A stretch of DNA of 64,000 nt from Basidiobolus meristosporus CBS 931.73 (GCA_002104905.1 MCFE01000350.1:24883-88882), one strand, 5' to 3'; positions 33,898 to 47,226 are shown, counted from the first letter of the stretch. Made by a program: numbers and translations. Notes: generated from the letters alone by a model not told the origin.

Positions 33898-36800
33898 CCA
33901 CCCATGAAAATCCAGCATATCCAAGAATCTTCCTTTGCCACAAAATCTATCCAGTCCTTGAGAATGCCTGTCAAAATCCAGATCCCTGACTCCAGTCCTG
34001 TCCCAGCCCTAGCCCTGATTGATTCCGGTGCTTCATCCTGTTTCATTGACCAAGCCTTTGTCCAGAAGCACTCTATTCCTGTTACCTTGAAATCCTGTCC
34101 AGTCCAAGTAGAAGTTATTGATGGAAGATCACTCTCCTCTGGTGCCATTACCCATGAAACATGCTTACTCCAGCTGTCCAGTACTGCCCACCAAGAAAGA
34201 ATTGCCTTCAACATCATCAACTCACCACACTATCCTATTGTGCTTGGAAGCTCATGGTTGAGCTACCACAATCCGAGTATTGATTGGAAATCCAAGATCC
34301 TGTCATTCACCAGATCCCACCAAGTCAACTCCATGAAATCTCCAGACCCTGATAACCGTGAAAAGACGGTTGCCAACAGTTCAACAGCCCAAGATACCTT
34401 GCCAGCTGAAGGAGCCCCCTCAGCAACTATACCAGCCAAGTACCAAGAGTTTGCCCATGTCTTTGACAAGAAGAAAGCAGAACTCCTCCCTGACCATTGG
34501 CCTTATGACTGCCCTATTGACCTTGAAGATGGAAAAGTCCCTCCATTTGGCCCAATATATAACCTCTCCCAGCCGGAGTTGAAAGAACTCCATGGTTATA
34601 TTCAAGAAAACCTCCAGAAGGGTTTTATTCAGCACTCCAAATCACCTGCTGGAGCCCCAATCCTCTTTGTCAAGAAGAAGGATGGCACCCTCAGAATGTG
34701 TGTGGACTACCGTGCTTTGAATAAGATCACAGTCAAGAACCGCTACCCCCTGCCCCTGATCAACACACTGTTGGATCAGCTATCTGCTGCCCAAGTCTTC
34801 ACCAAGATAGACTTGAGAGGAGCTTACAATCTTGTCAGAATCAAGCCTGGTGATGAATGGAAAACTGCCTTTCGCACAAGATATGGCCACTTTGAATACA
34901 AAGTAATGCCATTTGGCCTCACCAATGCCCCTGCTGTGTTTCAACACCTCATGAATGACATATTCCGTGAATACCTTGACCATTTTGTGGTAATCTACCT
35001 TGATGATATTCTCATATACTCCAAGAGCCAAGATGAACATGATGAACATGTCAAGAAAGTATTGAGAAAACTAGACTCTGCCGGTCTCTATGCCAAGCTA
35101 GAGAAGTGTGAATTTGACCAGAGAGAAGTGGAATTTCTTGGTTATCTCATCAGCCCTGAGGGAACAAGAATGGACCCAAAGAAAGTTGACTCAGTCCAAT
35201 CCTGGAAAACACCAAGCTCAATCAAGGAAGTACAATCCTTCCTGGGATTTGCCAACTTCTATCGCAGGTTCATAGTCAACTACTCCAAGATAGTCACCCC
35301 TCTGACAAAGCTTACCCAGAAGAACACACCTTTTGCCTGGAATGAGGAGCAATCCAGCTCATTCAACCAACTCAAGAAATCTTTCCTGAAGGCCCCCCTG
35401 CTTGCCCACCCTGACCTTGAGAAGCAATTCATAGTGGAGACTGATGCTTCTGATTTTGCCCTTGGTGCCATACTCTCCCAGTATGATGAGGACAATGTGT
35501 TGCACCCCATTGCATTCTACTCTCGGAAGTTTTCCCCTGCAGAGATCAACTACGATATCTATGATAAGGAGTTGCTTGCCATCATTGTAGCCTTTGAGCA
35601 ATGGAGACACTACCTGGACGGTGCAAAACACAAAATCAAAGTCTTCTGTGACCATAAGAACCTTGAGTACTTTGCAACTTCCAAAGTACTAAACCGGAGA
35701 CAAGCCAGATGGTCACTCTTCCTGTCCAGCTTTGACTTTACTATCACCTATAGACCTGGTGCAAAGCAAGGAAAGCCTGATGCCCTGTCCAGAAAAAAGG
35801 AATATGCCCTGGAAGAGGGAGATGATGCCTGTTGGCAAATGGAACACCCACTGCTGAGCAAGAAACATTTTGAGATTCTTGCCACCCAGTCCTCAAGTCT
35901 TGTCATCCCTTCATTCCTAGTAAGGATATCAGAGTCCCAGGCCTCTGATATGACTTCCAGCAGCATCAAGAAATATCTGGAATCCCCAGTTGGGCCCCCT
36001 CCCAAGTTCCCAAACATCCAGAACCTGCATTTGGTAAACAACCTCATCTACCACAAGCAGCAGCTTTATGTCCCAGATCTTGCCACCCAGCTAGACATCA
36101 TTAAGTCTCGGCATGATTCAATGGCTGCAGGCCACTTTGGTACTGCCAAAACCTTGAATGCTATCAAAAGAGATTTCTGGTGGCCTAGAATGATAACTCT
36201 TATCAAAGAGTACATTCTGACTTGTGATATTTGCAACCGTGCAAAACCAGCCAGACACCAGCCCTATGGACTTCTTCAACCCCTGCCTATCCCAGAACAC
36301 CAATGGAGATCTATATCTATGGACTTCATTACTGACCTCCCTGAGTCATGTGGCTTCAATGCTATACTTGTAGTGGCTGACCGGCTGACCAAGATGGCTC
36401 ACTTCATCCCTTGCTGTAAGAACACTGATGCAAAAGAAACTGCTGCTTTAGTCCTGAAGAATATTTTCCGCCTTCATGGTATCCCCAGTGATATTGTGTC
36501 AGATAGAGGCCCACAGTTTGTGTCCAAGTTTTGGAAACACTTCATGCAATACCTCGGTGTTCAAGTCAAGCTCTCTACTGCCTTCCATCCACAGTCTGAT
36601 GGCCAGACTGAAAGAATCAACCAGATTCTGGAGCAATACCTCCGGTGCTATATCAATTACCAGCAAGACAATTGGGTTGACCTACTCCCTGTTGCTGAGT
36701 TTGCCTACAACAACTCAAGTCATAGTGCAACCGGTTTTACACCATTCTATGCAAACTATGGATTCCACCCTCAGTTTGATATCCAGATTCCAACAAACCC

Positions 36801-37401
36801 AATGAGCCCACATGCGGCTGAACATGCCCAAGCAATCCAGGACATCCAGAGCACCCTCAAGGAAGAGCTATCCTTAGCTCAGGAAAGCTACAAGAAATTT
36901 GCCAATCTAAAACGGCATCCCAGCCCTGATCTTAATGAAGGAGATTCTGTATGGTTGCTCAGAAGAAACATCAGCACCAACCGCCCTTGTGACAAGTTGG
37001 ATTTCAAGAAACTTGGTCCCTTTAAGATCAAGAAGAAGCTTAGCCCTATAGTATATCAGCTACAGTTACCAGCAAGTATGAAAATCCATGATACTTTCCA
37101 TGTGTCCCTCCTGGAGCCGTATTGTAGGAACACATTGCCAAACCGGCTAGAAGCAAAGCCCCAAGCTATCCAGGTTGACCAACATCAAGAATTTGAAGTT
37201 AAACAGATTCTAGACTCCAAGTATATCCGGTCAAAGCTGTACTACTTAGTAGACTGGATTGGTTATGGCCCAAGTGACCAAACATGGGAACCAGCTACAC
37301 ATCTCACTAATTGTCAAGAACTAGTTACCCAGTTCCACCAACAATATCCTGCAAAACCTGCCCCAAAGGGAAACAGAGCTCCGCCTGGAAGAGGAGAATA
37401 G
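33853..37401 (+). CDS. Pol of the chromovirus (PR-RT-RNase H-integrase-chromodomain), reached by -1 frameshift
   Basis: ALIDSGAS protease, [20 protein letters not shown] RNase H, HHCC and DDE integrase (SMDFIT, SDRGPQF, DGQTER), GPF motif, and chromodomain [10 protein letters not shown]...[17 protein letters not shown]. Pol is in the -1 frame relative to gag. Confidence 0.96.
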   Translation, partial: GKLQCPVALTGLQLDPPMKIQHIQESSFATKSIQSLRMPVKIQIPDSSPVPALALIDSGASSCFIDQAFVQKHSIPVTLKSCPVQVEVIDGRSLSSGAITHETCLLQLSSTAHQERIAFNIINSPHYPIVLGSSWLSYHNPSIDWKSKILSFTRSHQVNSMKSPDPDNREKTVANSSTAQDTLPAEGAPSATIPAKYQEFAHVFDKKKAELLPDHWPYDCPIDLEDGKVPPFGPIYNLSQPELKELHGYIQENLQKGFIQHSKSPAGAPILFVKKKDGTLRMCVDYRALNKITVKNRYPLPLINTLLDQLSAAQVFTKIDLRGAYNLVRIKPGDEWKTAFRTRYGHFEYKVMPFGLTNAPAVFQHLMNDIFREYLDHFVVIYLDDILIYSKSQDEHDEHVKKVLRKLDSAGLYAKLEKCEFDQREVEFLGYLISPEGTRMDPKKVDSVQSWKTPSSIKEVQSFLGFANFYRRFIVNYSKIVTPLTKLTQKNTPFAWNEEQSSSFNQLKKSFLKAPLLAHPDLEKQFIVETDASDFALGAILSQYDEDNVLHPIAFYSRKFSPAEINYDIYDKELLAIIVAFEQWRHYLDGAKHKIKVFCDHKNLEYFATSKVLNRRQARWSLFLSSFDFTITYRPGAKQGKPDALSRKKEYALEEGDDACWQMEHPLLSKKHFEILATQSSSLVIPSFLVRISESQASDMTSSSIKKYLESPVGPPPKFPNIQNLHLVNNLIYHKQQLYVPDLATQLDIIKSRHDSMAAGHFGTAKTLNAIKRDFWWPRMITLIKEYILTCDICNRAKPARHQPYGLLQPLPIPEHQWRSISMDFITDLPESCGFNAILVVADRLTKMAHFIPCCKNTDAKETAALVLKNIFRLHGIPSDIVSDRGPQFVSKFWKHFMQYLGVQVKLSTAFHPQSDGQTERINQILEQYLRCYINYQQDNWVDLLPVAEFAYNNSSHSATGFTPFYANYGFHPQFDIQIPTNPMSPHAAEHAQAIQDIQSTLKEELSLAQESYKKFANLKRHPSPDLNEGDSVWLLRRNISTNRPCDKLDFKKLGPFKIKKKLSPIVYQLQLPASMKIHDTFHVSLLEPYCRNTLPNRLEAKPQAIQVDQHQEFEVKQILDSKYIRSKLYYLVDWIGYGPSDQTWEPATHLTNCQELVTQFHQQYPAKPAPKGNRAPPGRGE

Positions 37402-40400
37402 TGTCATGATCACATGACAACCATGAACACCCATGCCAAGTTTCAGCTTCCCAGCTCAATTTCTAAGAGATTCCTTCCGGAACCTTCTACCACCTTCCAG
37501 AAAGTTCCTGACCATTCCAAACCATTGTTACACAATGGAACATTCCATGGAAGCTTTCCATCGTATTTTTTATAGTCCAGTACCATATATGGAAATACCA
37601 GGTCACATGACTTAGTCACATGATCAGGTGACCCAATCCATTTCCCCATCCTGTCTCAGTACCGTGTCATCTATGTCATTATCCCCAGCACCATTGCTGT
37701 GCCTCACCCCACAACCCCATTAGTATTAGCTAACATCTCTCGGCATCAATATAGCCAAAAAGTATATATAGTCCTATCCCCCCTTAAGTATTCCTCAGTC
37801 TGATAAACACAGGTCTTGAATAAACAGCCTTGCCTTGAATCCTGCCTTGCCTTGATGGTCCACACCTAAGTCCTTTCCTGCCGTGCCTAGCTTTTCCTCC
37901 TGCCTTGTGTCTATTCATAACAAATACTACTACCGCAAATCAGGCTACTTTCTAAATGGAGCCAAAGCCTATGTAGGCTCTATTTGGACTATCTGGCAAT
38001 GCAGATATGCTTCATGGAGCCTCTTGTACCAAGTTATCAAGCCAGAAACCACAGAGAGCCTTGAAATTTCAACAGGATCTGTCAGATACTTTAGTATATA
38101 TTAGAGCAGATTATTTAATGCAGAAGTCATGATGTCTGCTGTCTATGGAGCTGAAGGAAAAAGGTGCAAGGATCAACCTAATGGGTTTTATGAAATCTGA
38201 AGTCACTGAAAAGATTGTGAGCTTTGCAAACCAAGCTCAAGGTTAAAAATAACTATCAGGAGAATGTGGATAATCAAAGCCCTTGTCAAGGAGAATCTCA
38301 CTTCTAGAAGTCACCAGTATCTACTCTACAGTATATTATGATAAGACAGACGCAGCTGTATCAGTCCAAATCAGTAGAAGTACTCTAAAAAATAGCTACC
38401 AAATATCCAATGGTACATTCTGATACTAAACTGGGTAAATCAAGAAGCAAGTGGACTTTGAATCTACTGTAAATGAAACAATCAGTCTAAAGAAAGTTAC
38501 TACAACTTAAGGAAAATAAATATGACCATTTTGGATCATTTTTGTGGGTCTGAATCACTAAATCAACATGGTTCAAGTGGGAGCAGGCCATCCCAGCTCA
38601 GAGTTGAGCAAAGCCTCCATTTTGGCCATGTTTGTATGTGCCAGGAAATGAGGATAATCCTGATCAGGCATAAATGACAAAACCTTAACTTGGCCCAATA
38701 TAGGTCAATTCTTTTACCTCATATAGAGTCTATATGATGGAAGCAACTGTTCCTGAGCCAAATATGGACATACAGTGAAGTTGTCTAAATGAATTAGACT
38801 TTTGCCCAGAAATAAGGAAACTGCAGATTTGCTGTAAATGACAAAACCTTAACTTGACCAAAAGTGGGTCAATTTTACTCTAACAAGAAACATTGAATAG
38901 CCCAGAGGCTATATATCATTGTAACAGCCTCAGAACTGATAAAAGCAAATGATTAGTTTTTTGATCAGATCATTCTGAATTTTGGGCATATTATTAAGTG
39001 AATATGCACATTAAGTTCTTGCTCAATTAAGCTGAACACAAATGAATATATTCTTGGAAAATATATTAGTCCAGTATGCAACACATTTAAACTTTATATC
39101 TGTATTACAAACTGAACACTCTCAACATGTATTGATTACTCATGACTATTTTGTTGAGTGGGGGTGTTGTATTCATTAAGTTGTCACCAAGATATTCATG
39201 CTAACTTAGTCACATAGATCTTATTCTTTGATTAGCATTCTCTCCTGACCAAATGTTTTGTTTGGACTTACTTAGAATATTTTCATCAAATTATCAGGTA
39301 CCCAGATTATGATCTTTCTAAAAGTTGTCCAAAAGCCCCCAAGCTTTGCACCAGTATTCTTGGGACCTTCCTTAACAAGTTCTACATGTTTATTTGCTCT
39401 TCTGTATCAGAAGTACAAGTACCATACTTTTAATCAATAAATCTACAAGCAGATAACATGTAAATCGTATAGCTCTCCACATCACTACCAATACTCCTCT
39501 GAATATTGCAACAGTTTTCACTTGATGATTTATTCAATGTATATGTAGTATTTATACTTTTACATGGTCTTGGCATAACTGACATGTAGTATAGGCTAAG
39601 GAAGGTCCCAAGAGCATGTGGTCAAAGCTTGGGGCTGTTGGAACAACTTTGAGAATTTTATGTTCTGGATACCAGATATTTTGGTGATAATATTTTAAGT
39701 AGGTCCTAATAAGGATTTTGGTCAATATTCTCTAGGATTTGGAGGTAATGTACTAAGTGACTAAGTCAGGTGAATATTTAGGTGGAATTACAAATTTTAC
39801 AACAATTTTTTGGCACTGTGGTACATATAACATAGACAAAAAATGTTTTTACACAACTCTGAGCTGGGATGGCCTGCTACCACTTGAATCACTTCTGCTT
39901 GGTGAATTTTGCACTGTCTGGTATCAGACAGTTCCATAGGTTAGTTGGTAGCTACTTCTAGAGTGCCTCTACATATTTGCATTGATACAGCTGCTGTTGT
40001 CTTATTGGAGTATATTTGCAGAATAGAGGTTGTCACTTTTCCAGAAGTGAGATTCTGCTTAATATGGGCTTTGATTATACTTAGTCTCATGGTAGTTATT
40101 TTCAGCCTTAAGCTTGGTTTGCAAGGCTAAGTGATCTTTTCAGTGTCCTCCGAGTCCATAAAAGCCATCTGGCTGATCCTTACACCTTTTCTTTCAACTC
40201 TATATACAGCAGACCTCAATACTTCTGCATTGAATAATCTGCTCCAATAAATACTGCAATATCCAACAGATCCTGTTGAAGTTTAAAGGCTCTTCTAGGG
40301 CTTCTGGCATGAGAGCTTTGTACAAGAGGCTCCATGGAGCACACATACATTGCCAGATAGTCCAAATATGGTCTACCTGAGCTTTTGGTTCCACTTGGGA

Positions 40401-42717
40401 AGTACACTAATTGTAATGGGAGTAATTTCCTGTTTTGCTTCTTTTTCTTTTTCTGCTGATGGCCTAGGGAGTATTCCATCCGTGTGATGGATCTGAACTT
40501 GCTTACATGTGGTACCATGGTGTGTTTGAGCAGAGAAGTCTTCTTGACCTCACTGGCCCAGAATATCTGACTATTTCAAATATTATAGCCAAAATTGGCA
40601 TCTACTCAGATCAATGATGACTTTTGACAGAGTTGGCCAACTTTGATAGAATAAACTGCATTTGAAAGCTTGTTTCATCCATACTTTAGTATTAAACTCC
40701 AATACATCAGTTTTCTGAGTTGCAGAGCTTGCCAGTGACTTGATCAACAACAATATTGGCAGATCTTATCCAGTGAATTGAATATCACCAAGTTTTTTCT
40801 TTCACGGTAATAAGAGATGTATATGAAATGGTATAATATACTATGTTAGCTTCTAAGTGGCCCTTAGCTGTATATTGGCAAGCTGTTGCTTGGTTGCACA
40901 CTCCTATCAGGCTTGCAATCACTTACTTCACTCTTTTTAGCAGGTAGTAAAATCTCCTTGAGCTGATTTTGCTAAATTTGTATAGTACTTTTTCCCACCT
41001 ATGTGAGACTTAAACAGAGTTACAGCTCATCTAACAGCCCCATATTTAGTTCCTGGCTCACTTGATACAATTATACCATTCTTCCAATAAATTGGGTAGT
41101 ATATATCATTACTTCAGGTAAATATATATGTAGCATATATCAATAGGATCCTAACAGTTTAGGGAGCTTGTTTTGGAGATCTTGTTCCAGTAAAAGATTG
41201 TCCAAAATGGCAGTTAACAGCTCAAGTATTTGCATTCTCAGCTGTATTCTGAGTGGCAACAGATTTTGGTAAAATTCACTTCTGACAATCATTCAGTAGT
41301 GATATAGGTTTTCTCTTGCAATACAGAGTAATATCCTATCCAAAAGCTTGTCTAACAGTAAATTGAGGTCATATAAGTACATATAGCAATATATCTCATT
41401 GTAGATTGGGACCCTCAATTGCTGGAATTACACAATTTTCTTTATTAGTGGTAGAGCACCAACAAGCTATATTTCTTGATATATTTACATGCCCATCTGA
41501 TGGACTCTTGTTTATAACTAACTTGAGTAGCTACTGCAAGCTTCTTTCTGAAGATAGAGCCTTCTTCTTCATAGCAATTTCCTCACAAACATAGTCCTTT
41601 AGCAGCAGTAGTCATTGATAACTTTAGCAGAGCTATAGTGTTGAAAGTTCTTTGCCAGACTATGAGAAAAGAGTCCAAAGCAATGTAGACACTAAGAGGA
41701 CAGCAGGCTTGGGGCTCATAATATGCTGCAGTATTCTAAGGAGTATTGGAAGTGTTGTGGAGAACTGGATAATTTACATATTATTCACTTGGAGATTTAT
41801 TGACCAAAAATTTGGTATTTATACTTTTGATAGAGTAGATCAAGCAAACATAACAAGGTTGCTAGGAAAGGTCTCAGGAGTATGTGCGTAAAGTTTGGGG
41901 CCTTTTGGACAACCTTAAGAAAGATTATAATATTGCTACCTGATAATTTGGGGAAAATATTCTAAGCAAATCCTAACAAGAAGGTTGGTTAGAACACAAT
42001 GCTAATCACAAAATAAGATCTATGTGGATAAGTTAGCATGAATATTTAGGGGATAACTAAATAATTGCAGCAGGTAGCAGATACTGCAAAAGGGAAGGGC
42101 ATACATTGGACTAATGATTCAAAAAGTGAGTCAATCAGCAGCAAATGCTTGCAAAGGAGAATTCTAGGCCACAAACAGGGATTCTTGATATTAAATTTTG
42201 ACTCCACTGCACTTATACATCAACAAGAGATTTTATATAATAGTAAGAATTCCATCTTAGAAAGAATTTATGGGAGACAACAGAATGCTGGATGCAGTTA
42301 AATAGTGGACTATATATGTAAACCTTAGCAAGGATGAAGTAAGCTCCGCACTTACCTTCCAAGAAGGACTCTGGTATTTGGGAAGGTCAAGGACCTAATA
42401 TCTATAAAAAAGGCCATAGCAAAAGGACTTGGCTTCAGTCTTGACAATGGTAGATACATGATTGCTGATCAAAATAGTCACATATTGCCTTGGGTATCCG
42501 ATATCAAAATCTATAATGGTTAATTCACCCAGCAGAAACTTACAAAGTTAAAACTTATTGGATTCTTAACCAGAATATTGATGTTGATACTGTTTCAAAT
42601 ATTTGTAATTCCACCTATATTTACCTTACTCAGTCACCTAGATCATTACCCCCAGATCTTAGAGAGTACCAACCAAATTCCTTGTGGTATTTACTTGGAG
42701 TATTCTAACTAAAATAT

Positions 42718-43640
42718 TGTTATAAGAGTCTTGGGGATATTGGAAATGACTGGGAGAACAGCAGATTATGTGGCTTTCATTTAATGTTTCATTGAATGTA
42801 AAGTAATATTTATACTTTTACATGGTCTTACCATAAAAGACACATAGGGTAGGTTTGAGAAGGTACCAAGTGCATGTGTGCAAGGCTTGGGGATGTTTGG
42901 ACAGCTTTGAGAATTTTCTTATTCTGAGTACCTGATAATTTGGTGACAATATTCTAAGTAAACTCCAACAAGGGATTTGGTCAGTATTCTCTCTGGTTTA
43001 CAGGTGATGATACAAGTAACTAAGTCAGGTGAATATTTAGGTGAAATTACAAACTTTGACAACACTCCTACTCAACTCAATAATCATACAGACTAGTTCT
43101 AATTGTGACCTAGGATATTCAAACTTATCTCTAGCTAATGGTTTGGTGAAGATTGCTGCAATGATTTTATCTGTTGGACAGTTAACCAAGTTAACCAAGT
43201 TATTCTGTATAGCTTCATGTATAATATGATGTTTCATATCTCTGTGCTTGGTACTATCATGAAAAGTTGGATTATGACCTAATTGTGTACATTGTCATTT
43301 TTCTTGAAATAAAGTATTAGGCATTTTTTGAAATATGCTTAAATCTTTAAAAGCTTCCTTACCCAAATTGCTTCCTTTGTAACTTTGGTGGCTGCCATAT
43401 ACTCTGCCTATGCAGTAGAAGTTGCTATGGTTGGTTGCTTTCTTGAATTCCATGAAATTGCTCATTTATGGTAAAGATAGGTGTATTCTGTGGTGGATTT
43501 TCTTACTATGCTTTGTCTTTGATCAGCATTAGAATATCCCACAAGATCCTGTTCTGAATCCTTATAGGTGTACCTTAAGCAGATATTAGCAGTTCCTTCT
43601 AGGTATCCAAATATCCATATAACTGCTGCAATATGATAAG
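42718..43640 (-). mobile_element. Copia family-A 3' remnant (A3): RNase H fragment, PPT and 3' LTR
   Basis: LTR 42718-43064 follows PPT GAGTAGGAG. A degenerate RT/RNase H end (HIAAV.WIFGYLEGT, IAAIFTKPLARDKFE) is cut at 43640 by A2. The LTR interrupts the LTR-A copy that starts at 42591. Confidence 0.8.
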
Positions 43641-46600
43641 TGATGTAAGAGTCTTGGAGATATTGGAAGTGATTGGGAGAACAAGTAGAAAATGTGGTTT
43701 TCACTTAATGATTTATTGAATGTAAAAGTAGTATTTATACTTTTACCTGGTCTTGGCATTACAAACACGTAGAATAGGTTAAGGAAGGTCCCAAGAACAT
43801 GTGTGCAAAGTTTGGGGCTGTTTGAACAACTTTGAGAATTTTCATGTTCTGGGTACCTGGTTTTTTGGTGACAATATTCTAAGTAAATCCCAACAAGGAA
43901 TTTAGTCAGTATTCTCTAGGATTTGAGGGTAATGATCTAAGTGACTAAGTTAGGTGAATATTTAGGTGGAACTACAAATTCTTACTACACTCCCACTCAG
44001 CTAAATGTTCATACTGACTAGTCCTAATTTTGACCTAAGATATTCAAACTTGTCTCTAGCTAATGGTTGGAAATATGTCTGCAATCATTTCATCTGTAGG
44101 ACAGTAAACTAAGCTAACTAAGTTATTCTCTATAGCTTCACATATGAAATGATGTCTAATATATATGTGCTGGGTTCTAGCATGAAAAGTTGGATTTCTA
44201 CCAAATTGTATACATCCTTGATTATCTTGAAATATAGTATTAGGCGTTTTTTGACATAGGCTTAAATCTGTAAAAAGTCTTCTTAACCACATTGCTTCTT
44301 TTGTAGCTTCACATGCTGACATATACTCTGCCTCTGTGGTGGAAAGTGCTACGGTTTGTTGCTTTCTTGAATTCCATGAAATTGCTCCTTTACAGTAAAG
44401 AAAGGTGTATCCTGTGGTGGATCTTCTGTCTTCTAAATTTTGTCCCCAATCAGCATCAGAGTATCCCACAAGATCCTGTTCTGAATCCTTATAAGTGTAT
44501 CTTAAGCAGAAATCAGCAGTTCCTTTTAGGTATCTAAAAATCCACTTAACTGCTGCAATATGATTAGATCCACAGTTCTGATTATGTTGGCTGACAACTC
44601 CCACTGAATATGAGATATCTGGACATGTTCCAAGCATAATATACATCCAACTGCCAACCCTATGCTGATAAGGAAAGTCAGGGCTTTCAGATGGCACCAA
44701 GCTCTCTTGATTTGGTTGAGTTTTGACTAAGTTAAGGTTTGTCTCCATTGGGGTAGCTCCTGATTTACAGTCTTCCATTTGGTTCTTCTATAGTATATCT
44801 TAAATATACTTGGATTGACTTAGGGTGATAGTCTGGGTACTTCTGTCTATGGAGAGCTTAATCCCTAAGTAGTAACTAAGTTCTCCTAGATAAGACATCC
44901 TGAACTCCTTAGATAGGCTGGATTTAGTCTCTTCCAATGTTTCTAGGTTATTGGCAGCTATAATAAGATCATCCACATATAGAGCTAATAGAACTGGATT
45001 TGCTCTATCTGGCTTATAGTATATACTATAGTCAGCATTACTTCTTTTGAAACTCAAAGATTCCAAATAAGAATCTATCTTGCAATTCCAGGCTCTTGGT
45101 AATTGTTTGAGACCATATAGTGACTTTTTAAGCTTGCAGACCAAATGGGGGTTATCTTGGTCAACATACCCATCAGGCTGGTCCATATACACGTCCTCAT
45201 CAAGTACTCCACTCAAAAATGCAGTTTTTACATCCATTTGGTGAATAAAAAACTTATATTTGGTTGCATTAGCCAACATAATCTGATGAAATTAAACTTG
45301 GCTACCAGTGCAAAGGTCTCAGTATAGTCAAGTCCTTTTGTTTGAGAGTATCCTGTGGCTACAAGTCTTGCTTTGTATCTTTCAATTGTACCATCAGCCT
45401 TGTATTCTGTCTTGAAGACCCATCTGCATCCAATTGATTTTTGGTTGATTGGTAATTTGACTAAGTCACAAGTTTGATTTTCCATCAGGGCCTGATATTT
45501 CTCAGTCATTGCAGATCTCCAAAACTTTGTCTGAGGGCTATTTAGGGCCTCTTTTACAGTCTGGGGTTCATCAACATGGACTGAATAGGCATAGGCTAAG
45601 TTTGTACCCTATTGATAAGTAATTTTGGCTATTTCTTGTCCAATTGGATCTCTGGGCATTTGATACTGGAATGATCACTTCTGGGATATTCCTGGCACTG
45701 ATTCTGGCTGATCCACAGTTGTAGAGTCCTCTAGATTGAAAGAATTCTCATTGTTTTGCTTTGATTCAATCCTGACAATTGGTGGACTTGAGATCAAATT
45801 TTTGTCATTATCTGATGTCATTTTTTGTGAAAATTTTGAATTTTCATCAAACAACACATCCCTGGACTTGATAAGCTTCTTTGCTTTGGTATTGTAGAGT
45901 CTGTATGCCTTACTCTCATTGCAGTAGCCCAAAAATATGCATTTTACACATTTTGGCTCATATTTTGACTGATTTCCGGCCAGTTTTTGGCATATGCTGT
46001 ACACCCAAATATTCCTAGATGCTCTGCACTTGGTCTGAATCCATACCATGCTTCAAATGGAGTAAAATCACAAAGTATTCTGTTATAACTTCTATTTTTA
46101 AGATATACAGCAGTGGCAACTGATTCCACCCAAAATCATAGGATAATTTTTGACCATGGATCATAGATCTTGCCATATCAATTATTGATCTGTTGGCACA
46201 TTCAGCTACTCCATTTTGCTGTGGGGAGTATGGTACAGTAGTCTCTTGCTTTATCCCATGAATTTTGCAGAAGTGGATGAAGAGTCTTGAGGTATAATCT
46301 TCACCATTGTCAGAGTGTATTTTCCCTTTTTTTTCACCAGTTTCTCTCTCCGCCATGGCCTTAAGCTCCCTGAGCTTAGACAGAGCTTCTTCCTTTCTCT
46401 CCATGAAGTAGACCCATGTGTATCTTGAATAATCATCAATAAAAGTGATTAAACACTTCATCCCGCCTAAGGATAAATTTTGCATAGGTCCACACAGATT
46501 TGAGTAAATTAGATCTAGTTTTTTCTTAGCTTTGATATACCTGGAGCTCTTGAACAGTTGTCTGGCTTGTTTCCCATATATGCAGGCCTCACAGTGGTCC

Positions 46601-47226
46601 AAATTAGCTGGGGTATCAATTTTCACTCCAGAAATTAGCTGATCTTTGATGATTTTACACAAATAATCAGAATTGATGAGTCCAAATCTCCTGTGCCAAA
46701 GCATTGGTGTTTCTTCATTTAAGTTACCAATATTGGCTTCCAAATATGATGGAATATAAGTCAAATTGTATAGATTCTGATCTCTGATGCTCAAAGCAAT
46801 ATGGGCACCATTTTGATCAGTGATCCTGCATCCAGAATTGTTGAAACTGAAGCTGAGTCCTTCTGCTGCCGCCTTGCTTAAAGAGAGTAGGTTCTTGGCT
46901 ATTTCTGGTACATAGAGTACTTCTTTAAAGGTCAGTGTATGGCTTCCTTCACTACTTTTAAGATTTACTTGGATAGTTCCTTCTCCCACAGCAACAAGTG
47001 TTCTATTATCACCCATGAAAACCTTCTGAATTAGAATTTCTTGATATTGGGTAAAAAGTTCTTTTTGGTGTGTAAAGTGTTGAGAAGCTTCAGAGCAATA
47101 TACCATATCTGAGAATCCTCGTTTGTGGTCATATTTAATGCAGATACAAATAGTCTATCTTCAGTTGTTGTGGCATTTCCATATTCAAGCTTCTTTTGCT
47201 GATAATCTCTCCTTTTGAGACACCGG
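43641..47226 (-). mobile_element. Copia family-A copy A2, 5'-truncated and degenerate
   Basis: 3' LTR at 43641-43989 with PPT GAGTGGGAG. RNase H (GYSDADWG...RRSTTGY...STTEAEYM), RT (QMDVKTAFL, YVDDLII) and integrase are present. Homology to A1 stops in the gag Zn-knuckle at 47226, where a gypsy LTR begins. Confidence 0.9.

Larger units (their letters stand above)
32020..37922 (+). mobile_element. Intact Ty3/gypsy chromovirus (Tcn1/sushi-like)
   Basis: Two 521-bp LTRs (32020-32540 and 37402-37922) with no difference I could find, a perfect AATAC TSD, PPT GGAAGAGGAGAATAG, and uninterrupted gag and pol. Confidence 0.97.
30352..39513 (+). mobile_element. Non-autonomous family-B element, copy B(+) (about 3.25 kb without the nested chromovirus)
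   Basis: LTRs at 30352-30699 and 39165-39513, PBS GGCTATGCGCCCC at 30700, PPT GAGTGGGGG, and a perfect GTTTT TSD (30347-30351 / 39514-39518). The internal ~2.55 kb shows only faint gag/Zn-knuckle relics. Confidence 0.82.
30291..39804 (-). repeat. Solo LTR of family A split by B(+) (pieces 30291-30351 and 39514-39804)
   Basis: The two pieces join into one LTR-A at a duplicated GTTTT. Outer flanks are GTTTC/ATTTT, and B(-) sequence continues across them. Confidence 0.75.
29385..42072 (-). mobile_element. Non-autonomous copia-derived element, family B, copy B(-), split by later insertions
   Basis: 5' LTR 41724-42072 followed by the PBS relic TATTATGAGCCCC. PPT AAGTGGGAG precedes the 3' LTR at 29385-29733. 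The internal region (29734-30290 plus 39805-41723) is colinear with B(+). Flanks GATAG/GGTAG. No RT or RNase H recognisable. Confidence 0.75.
24580..42717 (+). mobile_element. Old, deleted copia family-A copy (A0) that hosts the nest
   Basis: Segments 24580-24673, 29338-29384 and 42073-~42530 join into continuous gag-end/Zn-knuckle/protease sequence, colinear with 25591-26220 of copy A1. An LTR-A start follows at 42591. Confidence 0.7.

Noticed and set aside
23922-43989. Recurrent ~350-bp repeat as a CRISPR array or satellite
   Set aside because: The copies have TG...CA ends, PBS/PPT neighbours and TSDs, so they are LTRs. The DNA is eukaryotic and there are no cas genes.
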